A stretch of DNA of 48,539 nt from Alphaproteobacteria bacterium (lineage in GTDB: Bacteria > Pseudomonadota > Alphaproteobacteria > Rs-D84), in assembly GCA_017513285.1 (NCBI GenBank), contig JAFXGD010000001.1:1-48539 (forward strand). Direction: 5' to 3'. Both the position numbers and the translations under genes were made by a program. Shown one piece after another: positions 34,976 to 40,595 of the stretch (position 1 is its first letter; each line of letters begins with the position of its first letter). The notes below the pieces were generated by a model. It was not told the origin of the DNA. It saw only the letters and a program-made list of their open reading frames with translations, and ran no database searches.

Positions 34976-35379
34976 AATTGATTGTTGAAATTCTGTTGTG
35001 GATATGGCAAGCCCCGCAAAATATTGTCGGGCTTGTTATCCGTTTAATATACGGCGGTTTTCCTTTGTTTCCGCTTTTGTATAAACATTGCGTCGTTATT
35101 CAAAGGCCGAATTTCCCGGGCGGAATATCGCTTGGCCGTACAATAATGGTTAAACGCGTTAATATTGACGGTTATAAAGACAACCCGACGTTATGGGACC
35201 ACGAACACGGCCACGCCCGCCAATCGCTTTATTTGGGGCCGTTATACCTGTTTGTCGTGGGTATTCCGTCGTTGTTGTGGGCTTGGTATTGGAACCCGTC
35301 GCGTGGCGTGTCGTATTATTCGTTTTATACTGAAAAATGGGCGGATAAATTGGGCGGCGTTGTCCGGACGAAAAAATGA
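34972..35379 (+). CDS. membrane protein with an HExxH motif (135 aa)
   Basis: ATGA overlap with the amidase. TM segments at both ends and the motif WDHEHGHARQS. Confidence 0.55.
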   Translation: MKLIVEILLWIWQAPQNIVGLVIRLIYGGFPLFPLLYKHCVVIQRPNFPGGISLGRTIMVKRVNIDGYKDNPTLWDHEHGHARQSLYLGPLYLFVVGIPSLLWAWYWNPSRGVSYYSFYTEKWADKLGGVVRTKK

Positions 35380-35380
35380 T

Positions 35381-35388
35381 TACCTTTG
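35381..35388 (+). promoter_or_regulatory. -7 promoter motif TACCTTTG
   Basis: Matches TAnnTTTG and is followed by the palindrome TTTAACGTTAAA (35397..35408). Confidence 0.5.
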
Positions 35389-35396
35389 CATAAACC

Positions 35397-35408
35397 TTTA
35401 ACGTTAAA
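35397..35408. promoter_or_regulatory. 12-bp perfect palindrome TTTAACGTTAAA (operator candidate)
   Basis: Read directly, between the promoter motif and ATG 35414. Confidence 0.45.
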
Positions 35409-35413
35409 GTATT

Positions 35414-35776
35414 ATGGACAAACAACAACTTATTGCGTTGATTAACGCGAAAATCGCCGGTCAAGGAAACCAAATTGACCTTGGCGGGGCTTTGGCCGAA
35501 ATCCTGTTGGACCTTGCGGGCGCGGCCGTGCCGATTGAGGTTGCCGACATTACCGGTTTAACCGACGACCAATTGGACGCATTGAACGTCGGCGATAAGG
35601 TCGCAAAGAAAACCGGAACCGCGAAACACCTGTACGTCGTTTCCTACAAAGACGCCGAAAATGGCGGTTTGTGTTTGACGTACACCGACGCGTCCACGGT
35701 CGAAACCGTGTCGTATGACCATACGGAAAGCGGATGGGCGTACAACAGTACGGATAAAACCAATATCGCGGGATAA
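35414..35776 (+). CDS. small protein with a tail-fibre-like N-terminal segment (120 aa)
   Basis: QQLIALINAKIAGQGNQIDLGGALAEILLDLAG aligns with ATLISAIQTTIAANGNNEITGPILQQTLLAIVNSLG of the fibre. Confidence 0.6.
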   Translation: MDKQQLIALINAKIAGQGNQIDLGGALAEILLDLAGAAVPIEVADITGLTDDQLDALNVGDKVAKKTGTAKHLYVVSYKDAENGGLCLTYTDASTVETVSYDHTESGWAYNSTDKTNIAG

Positions 35777-36393
35777 TGGGCGTTCGTACCAAAATCGAAA
35801 TCGGGGTTGCGGTCCTTTTGGCCGCAATCCTGTTGTTTTGTGCCGGGCAACAACGGCGCATCAAACAGTTGGCCGCCGAACGGGACCGGTACGCCGGGAA
35901 CACGGCCGCGTTGTTGTCCGACGTCGAACGTTACCGTGTCCGGGATTCTTTGAACGCCGCCCGGGTGCAATCGCTTGAATTGACCGTAAAGGAATACGAA
36001 CGGTTCCGGGCCGACGACGCCGAATTGATACGGTCGTTGAAACAACGCAACCGGGATTTGGCCGCCGTCAACAAAACACAATCCCAAACCATCATTGATT
36101 TGCGGGCGGTTCCACGCGATACCGTCGTGTTGGTCCGGGATTCCATCATAACCCCGGCGGTCGCGGTCCATTGCGGCGACGCGTGGTATAATTTCGATGG
36201 GATATTGACCAAAGACCAATTCACGGGCAAGTTGACCAACCGGGATTCCCTATTGTTGGCGGAAACGGTCAAATACAAACGATTCTTGTTTTGGAAAACA
36301 AGAAAAATAAAGGACCGCGAATTAAACGTTGTTTCCCGTAATCCGCACACGGAAATTTTAGGCGTTGAACACGTCGTTATTGAACGCAAATGA
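35776..36393 (+). CDS. N-terminal TM plus coiled-coil protein; spanin-like candidate
   Basis: IEIGVAVLLAAILLFCAG followed by a long coiled coil. Located at the end of the lysis cluster. Confidence 0.4.
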   Translation: MGVRTKIEIGVAVLLAAILLFCAGQQRRIKQLAAERDRYAGNTAALLSDVERYRVRDSLNAARVQSLELTVKEYERFRADDAELIRSLKQRNRDLAAVNKTQSQTIIDLRAVPRDTVVLVRDSIITPAVAVHCGDAWYNFDGILTKDQFTGKLTNRDSLLLAETVKYKRFLFWKTRKIKDRELNVVSRNPHTEILGVEHVVIERK

Positions 36394-36394
36394 T

Positions 36395-36402
36395 TATCTT
36401 TG
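36395..36402 (+). promoter_or_regulatory. -7 motif TATCTTTG (context TATCTTTGCCATTG shared with 39956)
   Basis: Read directly. Confidence 0.45.
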
Positions 36403-36472
36403 CCATTGGTTTTTTATACTCATAATTGATTATGTTTTACCGTGCCGGTTGAGAAATCCGCCCGGTTTTTAT

Positions 36473-36480
36473 TATCTTTG
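36473..36480 (+). promoter_or_regulatory. -7 motif TATCTTTG driving a short ORF-less transcript
   Basis: Read directly. Confidence 0.45.
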
Positions 36481-36486
36481 TGGCGC

Positions 36487-36555
36487 AATCATTTACATAA
36501 TAATTTTTTCATAAAGAACAGACCGGCCACGTTGTGAAATGCGGCCGGTTTTTTG
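36487..36555 (+). ncRNA. candidate sRNA of about 70 nt (promoter at 36473 to terminator at 36522..36554)
   Basis: No ATG in the interval. Ends in ACCGGCC-N14-GGCCGGT plus TTTTTT. Confidence 0.4.
36522..36554 (+). terminator. Rho-independent terminator
   Basis: 7-bp GC stem and a T6 run. Confidence 0.7.
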
Positions 36556-36570
36556 TGCCATACCGGATTT

Positions 36571-36605
36571 GGCCATTTTTAGGCGTTTTCCGGGGCTTTC
36601 GCGGG
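36571..36605 (+). repeat. Phased T-tract/GC repeat array (GGCCATTTTTAGGCGTTTTCCGGGGCTTTCGCGGG)
   Basis: Read directly. Confidence 0.6.
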
Positions 36606-36709
36606 TTGGACGGTACAAGTTATCGTCCGCGCCGTAAAAGTGTTTTAAATCGAAGAAACGCGAAAAATAACTTATTTTGGCCCGAACTTGAAAAAATATA
36701 GAAAAAAGT

Positions 36710-36740
36710 TTTGGTAATTAAAAATAATTGCCTACCTTTG
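36710..36740 (+). promoter_or_regulatory. Bacteroidota-type promoter (TTTG 36710..36713, TACCTTTG 36733..36740, 19-nt spacer)
   Basis: Read directly. Confidence 0.75.
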
Positions 36741-36769
36741 TGCCGTGGTTGATATAACAATCCGACGGC

Positions 36770-36785
36770 CGGGGCCGGTTCCCCG
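36770..36785 (+). promoter_or_regulatory. Leader stem-loop CGGGG-CCGGTT-CCCCG
   Basis: The second stem pair is flipped relative to the other copies. Confidence 0.6.
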
Positions 36786-36804
36786 AACAAAAGTAACAAC
36801 AGTT

Positions 36805-37038
36805 ATGGCAACGTTAAAATACACAACCCGCGAAATCAACGGCAATTACAAAATCAAGGTTTCCGGCCTGTTCGATGGCAAAAAGGTTAATACGCTTGTG
36901 GGCGTTTCCGGGTTCCTTAAAATGGTCAACGATATTGAACTTTGCAACCGTCTTTTGGACCGGGCGTTTGCCTGTATGGACGACAAATTTTGTTGCAAGT
37001 TACGCCGGGGAATCCGCATAACGTTTTATGTTGCTTAA
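36805..37038 (+). CDS. hypothetical early protein (77 aa)
   Basis: ATG at 36805 (MATLKYTTREING) lies downstream of the promoter and hairpin. Confidence 0.7.
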   Translation: MATLKYTTREINGNYKIKVSGLFDGKKVNTLVGVSGFLKMVNDIELCNRLLDRAFACMDDKFCCKLRRGIRITFYVA

Positions 37039-37050
37039 TTTCCACGCCTT

Positions 37051-37233
37051 ATGAAAGAATTGCACAATGTGGTTTTCCCGGGCCACGTAACCGGAAATAT
37101 GTACGAATACCGGGGCGTCGGAATCTTCCAACACGGTACGCGTTACCGGATTGATTTTGCGACCGGGAACAAATGGGTTTCGTCGCTTGAATGGGCGAAA
37201 CGTGTAATTGATTCAGTCTTAAAACATCAATAA
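37051..37233 (+). CDS. hypothetical early protein (60 aa)
   Basis: ORF track. Confidence 0.55.
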   Translation: MKELHNVVFPGHVTGNMYEYRGVGIFQHGTRYRIDFATGNKWVSSLEWAKRVIDSVLKHQ

Positions 37234-37234
37234 A

Positions 37235-37402
37235 ATGTCTGTTGAGGATATAAGAAAAGAAATTGCCCGGCGGCAATCATTCATTCACGACGCGTTAATT
37301 GGCCAATCGCCGGAAGATTTGGAACGGCATTGGCGGTTGATGGGTGCGCAAGATGCGTTCAAGGGATTGTTACAATTCATTGAGGAAAACAACCAAAAAT
37401 AA
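37235..37402 (+). CDS. hypothetical early protein (55 aa)
   Basis: Hand translation starts MSVEDIRKEIARRQSFIHDALIGQSPEDLERHW. Confidence 0.5.
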   Translation: MSVEDIRKEIARRQSFIHDALIGQSPEDLERHWRLMGAQDAFKGLLQFIEENNQK

Positions 37403-37408
37403 ACAGAT

Positions 37409-37645
37409 ATGCAAAAATTCAAATTTGGCAATCCGGCGTCGGTCGTTGAGGTTTCCGAACACAACGTATCGTTCGTTATCGTCAAGCCCGGGGAAAAGGC
37501 GTTTAATTGCTTATGTCGTGGTTTTGGTCAAAACAACCACGCACCGCGCAAAACTTATGTAATCGTGGCGGCCACGCCGTCCCAAGCGGCCCGAAAGGCG
37601 ATTGAAAATTACCGTAAAGATTTTTTCAGCAATGGCACGGAATAG
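37409..37645 (+). CDS. hypothetical early protein (78 aa)
   Basis: ORF track. Confidence 0.6.
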   Translation: MQKFKFGNPASVVEVSEHNVSFVIVKPGEKAFNCLCRGFGQNNHAPRKTYVIVAATPSQAARKAIENYRKDFFSNGTE

Positions 37646-37919
37646 CAAAAGCACGAAAGGCGATGAATACCGCGCCGTAATGGAAAAAGACGGTATTCGG
37701 GAATACAAGGTTTTGGCGTTCGCTTTCCTTTCGGATATTGGTCCCGAATATTTCCATTATGAACTAATGTTGGCCGACCCGCGACCCGATTATTACCTGT
37801 TCGACATTATGGGCGAAATCGCCCAAATCATTGTTCCGAAAGATTCCGACAACGAACGCTTGTTAATCGAATTGGCGGAACGATGCGGCGGGAAAAAGAC
37901 AACACCAAACACGCGATAA
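37632..37919 (+). CDS. hypothetical early protein (95 aa)
   Basis: ATG at 37632 (MARNSKSTKGDEY). Confidence 0.6.
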   Translation: MARNSKSTKGDEYRAVMEKDGIREYKVLAFAFLSDIGPEYFHYELMLADPRPDYYLFDIMGEIAQIIVPKDSDNERLLIELAERCGGKKTTPNTR

Positions 37920-37920
37920 G

Positions 37921-38073
37921 ATGATAACATTAAAAAAAGAAATCCCGTATAGCGTGGAAAAGATATTTGAAAGGGCAAATCTTCCGGTTTTACTTGACGC
38001 CGAATATTTGTACCCGTCCGGTAAAGACAAACGCCGGGAACGGCGGAAAAAAGAAAGAAAAAAGAAACGATGA
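37921..38073 (+). CDS. hypothetical small basic-tailed protein (50 aa)
   Basis: Hand translation gives MITLKKEIPYSVEKIF...RRERRKKERKKKR. Confidence 0.4.
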   Translation: MITLKKEIPYSVEKIFERANLPVLLDAEYLYPSGKDKRRERRKKERKKKR

Positions 38074-38074
38074 T

Positions 38075-38245
38075 ATGACCCGGGAACAATGCGAACATTG
38101 CGGCCGCCATTCATACAGGGATGGCCGTTGTTATGCGGACCGCAAATTGAAAGGTCGGCCAATATCCGAAACCGTATATTGCGGTTGGGCCACGCCGCCA
38201 TACGCATTGCCCGGAAAGATATTGAAACGACCGAAAAGGAAATAA
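38075..38245 (+). CDS. Cys-rich small protein (56 aa, MTREQCEHCGRH...C)
   Basis: Its N-terminus parallels the 431..682 product (MTKEQCGRC). Confidence 0.5.
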   Translation: MTREQCEHCGRHSYRDGRCYADRKLKGRPISETVYCGWATPPYALPGKILKRPKRK

Positions 38246-38247
38246 CG

Positions 38248-38805
38248 ATGGAAACAAACCACATCATCGAAGAATTACGCGCCAAGGCGTCGTTCGATTG
38301 GAACCCGGAACAAAAAGCGTGGTTCGAACAACAGGCGAACGACGCCCGGCCGGTCCAATGCGTCCGGATGCGCGACGCGTTCACGCCGGAACAATTGCAA
38401 TTTCTGTTCAAGAATACCGGGTACAAGACACAACAAAAAATGTGTTACAGGAACGCGGCGGATTTGGTCGAACGTGTGGCGTGGATGGCCGGGCATTTCG
38501 ACCCGGACGTACCCGAAACAAAATACGTTGAGGGCTTCGCGTATGCGTATGGCCTGTTACCCATCGAACACGCGTTTGTCAAGGTCGGCGACCTGTACGT
38601 TGACCCGACCTTTGAACGGGCATTACATCGGGACGTCCGGAAAGAGTTGTACGCGGCTTGCATTGAATTGGACCCGTTGACAATGGCGCAATATCAATTG
38701 GAAACCGGCTTTTACGGCGAATTGTACGTGTACGATTATATGTGCAAGAATCGGCCGGAATTGGCCGCCAAAATCCGGGCGCGGAATCCGCACAACAGGC
38801 GATAA
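38248..38805 (+). CDS. hypothetical early protein (185 aa) with a possible Cys...His...Asp arrangement
   Basis: KMCYRNAADL ... PIEHAFVKVGDLYVDPT. A catalytic triad is an inference only. Confidence 0.65.
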   Translation: METNHIIEELRAKASFDWNPEQKAWFEQQANDARPVQCVRMRDAFTPEQLQFLFKNTGYKTQQKMCYRNAADLVERVAWMAGHFDPDVPETKYVEGFAYAYGLLPIEHAFVKVGDLYVDPTFERALHRDVRKELYAACIELDPLTMAQYQLETGFYGELYVYDYMCKNRPELAAKIRARNPHNRR

Positions 38806-38833
38806 AAAACCGCACCCGGTTTCCCGGGCGCGG
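38804..38833 (-). terminator. Rho-independent terminator oriented for the minus strand
   Basis: The minus strand reads CCGCGCCCGG-GAAA-CCGGGTGCGG followed by TTTTTT. Confidence 0.65.
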
Positions 38834-38871
38834 CGGTCAAAATACCGTGTGGGCGATACGTGGGTAAAAAG
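38806..38871 (-). ncRNA. candidate antisense-strand sRNA or 3'UTR segment
   Basis: Minus-strand TATCTTTG at 38885..38878, then the CCGTGT...ACACGG hairpin and the terminator. No ORF. Confidence 0.3.
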
Positions 38872-38914
38872 ACACGGCAAAGATAGGGAATTTCCCGGAT
38901 AATCCGGCGGTTCC

Positions 38915-39058
38915 CTATTTCTTTTTGCTTTGCGTGGGCTTTTCCCTGTAACCGGATGCGTAAATTGCACGGCCTTGCGCTTCTGCTTGTGCTTTGGTTG
39001 GGTAAACTTTCCCGGATTGGCCCCATTGATAGCCGCCGGGCACTTTTCTAACGGGCAT
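38915..39058 (-). CDS. small basic protein (47 aa); the only convincing minus-strand gene
   Basis: Hand translation base by base gives MPVRKVPGGYQWGQSGKVYPTKAQAEAQGRAIYASGYREKPTQSKKK. It has its own TATATTTG promoter motif (39094..39087) and a downstream terminator. Confidence 0.55.
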   Translation of the reverse strand: MPVRKVPGGYQWGQSGKVYPTKAQAEAQGRAIYASGYREKPTQSKKK

Positions 39059-39086
39059 AACGATTGATTTTTGGGGTTATCGTATG

Positions 39087-39094
39087 CAAATATA
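39087..39094 (-). promoter_or_regulatory. minus-strand -7 motif TATATTTG
   Basis: The + strand reads CAAATATA. Located 29 nt upstream of the minus-strand ATG. Confidence 0.45.
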
Positions 39095-39166
39095 CCCGGT
39101 TCGGCCCGGAATCTTGCACGAAAACCACAAATTTTTGCAAAAAATCGAAAAAATATAGAAAAAATG

Positions 39167-39197
39167 TTTGGTAATATAAAAAATTGTTGTACCTTTG
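39167..39197 (+). promoter_or_regulatory. Bacteroidota-type promoter (TTTG 39167..39170, TACCTTTG 39190..39197, 19-nt spacer)
   Basis: Read directly. Confidence 0.75.
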
Positions 39198-39225
39198 TAT
39201 CGGGTTCAAGATAGAACACCACGGC

Positions 39226-39241
39226 CCGGGCCGGTTCCCGG
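39226..39241 (+). promoter_or_regulatory. Leader stem-loop CCGGG-CCGGTT-CCCGG
   Basis: Hairpin family member. Confidence 0.6.
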
Positions 39242-39255
39242 TAAAGAAACAGACA

Positions 39256-39645
39256 ATGAACAAAACGTTATCCAATTCCGAATTTGCGCAAATGATTGCG
39301 GCGCGTTTCCCGGCCTTTGACCGATTCGACCGCGACATTATGGTTTTCGATGAAACCGGTAATTGCGCGATTTATGCCAAGGAATCCAAAAAGGGTTATT
39401 CTTCCGTTCGTCTTTCCGCGTTCGATAAGCCCTATTCCAAGATGAACGCCGCCGAAAAGGCCGCCGCCGTTGAATGGGTTTTGAATCTTCCGGTTGAAAT
39501 TGTAACCACGGACGAATCCTTTATGAAAAATTATCGGGCCTATTGGGTTGAGGGTGCGAAGATGAAAAGAATTGAACGCGACCGTGGCCAACATTGGTAC
39601 GAAAAGGCCAAAGCCCAAATCGTCAAAATCGAAAAAATATACTAA
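39256..39645 (+). CDS. hypothetical early protein (129 aa)
   Basis: ATG at 39256 (MNKTLSNSEF) after the promoter and hairpin. Confidence 0.7.
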   Translation: MNKTLSNSEFAQMIAARFPAFDRFDRDIMVFDETGNCAIYAKESKKGYSSVRLSAFDKPYSKMNAAEKAAAVEWVLNLPVEIVTTDESFMKNYRAYWVEGAKMKRIERDRGQHWYEKAKAQIVKIEKIY

Positions 39646-39653
39646 TCAATCCC

Positions 39654-39673
39654 GGCCCGGGGAAACCCGGGCC
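39654..39673 (+). promoter_or_regulatory. Intercistronic 8-bp GC hairpin with a GAAA tetraloop
   Basis: GGCCCGGG-GAAA-CCCGGGCC with no T-run. Confidence 0.5.
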
Positions 39674-39689
39674 ACAATCCAAAAGCAAT

Positions 39690-39923
39690 ATGAAATACGG
39701 AATCAAGCGCGTTATTTCCATCCCGGTTGAACAACGCGGAATCATTGACGAAACCGGATGCCGCCGGTACACAATGACGTTGGAACAGTTGCAAGCCCTG
39801 TACAAGCAATTCGAAAATTTCGTGGCCGATTGCCCGCAACAGGAATACAACGAAAACAAATCGGCAATCATTGCGGTTTATTCGCTAATCCATAAACACA
39901 TCAACAACGAAATTTACAAATAA
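39690..39923 (+). CDS. hypothetical early protein (77 aa)
   Basis: ATG at 39690 (MKYGIKRVIS). Confidence 0.6.
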   Translation: MKYGIKRVISIPVEQRGIIDETGCRRYTMTLEQLQALYKQFENFVADCPQQEYNENKSAIIAVYSLIHKHINNEIYK

Positions 39924-39930
39924 CGATTGG

Positions 39931-39953
39931 CCCGGGAATCATCCCGGGTTTTT
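39931..39953 (+). terminator. Rho-independent terminator (CCCGGGA-ATCA-TCCCGGG + TTTTT)
   Basis: Read directly. Confidence 0.75.
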
Positions 39954-39955
39954 CG

Positions 39956-39963
39956 TATCTTTG
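39956..39963 (+). promoter_or_regulatory. -7 motif TATCTTTG (TATCTTTGCCATTG context)
   Basis: Homologous to 36395..36408. Confidence 0.45.
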
Positions 39964-39969
39964 CCATTG

Positions 39970-40035
39970 CTTTTTAGTTTCATATACCGATTATGTGGGA
40001 ACGGCCAATGTTGCGAAACGTCGGCCGTTTTCCGT
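39970..40035 (+). ncRNA. candidate short transcript (about 65 nt)
   Basis: Begins after the promoter at 39956 and ends at the interrupted hairpin CGGCC...GGCCG plus TTTTCC. It is co-linear with the transcript from 36395. It could instead encode a 30-aa peptide starting MWERPMLRNVGRF. Confidence 0.3.
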
Positions 40036-40082
40036 TCCGGCCCGTATTGGCCCATTTCGGGCGATTTGGCGGCATTTCCCGG
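40023..40082 (+). repeat. Phased T-tract/GC repeat array (six units of about 10 bp)
   Basis: GGCCGTTTTCC GTTCCGGCCCG TATTGGCCCA TTTCGGGCGA TTTGGCGGCA TTTCCCGG. Confidence 0.55.
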
Positions 40083-40234
40083 TAAAATGGACCAACGGAC
40101 CGTCCGGCGGCCGAAAGGCCCGTAAAACGAAAATTCGGGAAAAATAAGTATTGGCCGGTTTGGCCCGGTCCCGGTTGGCCAAAAACGGTTTCTTAATGGC
40201 CGAAAAAGATTTTTTGAAAAATTATCAACTTTTT

Positions 40235-40265
40235 TTTGGTAATTAGGAAATAATGCCTATCTTTG
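40235..40265 (+). promoter_or_regulatory. Bacteroidota-type promoter (TTTG 40235..40238, TATCTTTG 40258..40265, 19-nt spacer)
   Basis: Read directly. Confidence 0.75.
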
Positions 40266-40294
40266 TACCCGGGTTGAGGAACCAACCAAACCGA

Positions 40295-40310
40295 CCCGGC
40301 GGGTTCCGGG
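40295..40310 (+). promoter_or_regulatory. Leader stem-loop CCCGG-CGGGTT-CCGGG
   Basis: The third stem pair is flipped relative to the other copies. Confidence 0.6.
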
Positions 40311-40330
40311 AAACAAAAACTTTACAAGTT

Positions 40331-40555
40331 ATGGCAACGATTAAATGCAACAATTCCGACCACAAGGCCGTTTCTTTCTTCCTCAATGGCGGCATCAATA
40401 TTTTGGTAATGGCGATGCAAGACGGCGAATATTGGTTTAGCATTGGCCACGGATATAAGAATGAGAAAACCGCGAAGCGGGCCGCCGTCAAAGAGTTTGC
40501 GAAACACGGTTACACATTCGACGCAAAGGAAATGGAAAATTTGGTTATCGAATAA
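40331..40555 (+). CDS. hypothetical early protein (74 aa)
   Basis: ATG at 40331 (MATIKCNNSDHK). Confidence 0.7.
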   Translation: MATIKCNNSDHKAVSFFLNGGINILVMAMQDGEYWFSIGHGYKNEKTAKRAAVKEFAKHGYTFDAKEMENLVIE

Positions 40556-40563
40556 ATAAACCC

Positions 40564-40583
40564 GGCCCCGGGCAACCGGGGCC
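40564..40583 (+). promoter_or_regulatory. Intercistronic 8-bp GC hairpin with a GCAA tetraloop
   Basis: GGCCCCGG-GCAA-CCGGGGCC. Confidence 0.5.
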
Positions 40584-40595
40584 AATAAACCCCGA

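Noticed and set aside
36394-36805. The repeated GC hairpins and repeats as a CRISPR array.
   Set aside because: The copies are dispersed over the genome at irregular distances and are tied to promoters and start codons. There is no regular repeat-spacer periodicity and no cas genes.
38623-39222. 199-aa minus-strand ORF, plus 38736..39026 and 39048..39338, spanning the 38.8-39.25 kb gap.
   Set aside because: They run through the + strand promoter, the terminator hairpin and the end of gene 38248..38805. Only the 47-codon frame 39058..38915 has a proper ATG, promoter motif, plausible sequence and terminator.
39991-40182. 63-aa minus-strand ORF over the 40.0-kb intergenic region.
   Set aside because: It is composed largely of the phased GC/T-tract repeats. 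The homologous repeat at 36571..36605 has a stop in the equivalent frame, so the similarity is at the DNA level and not coding.
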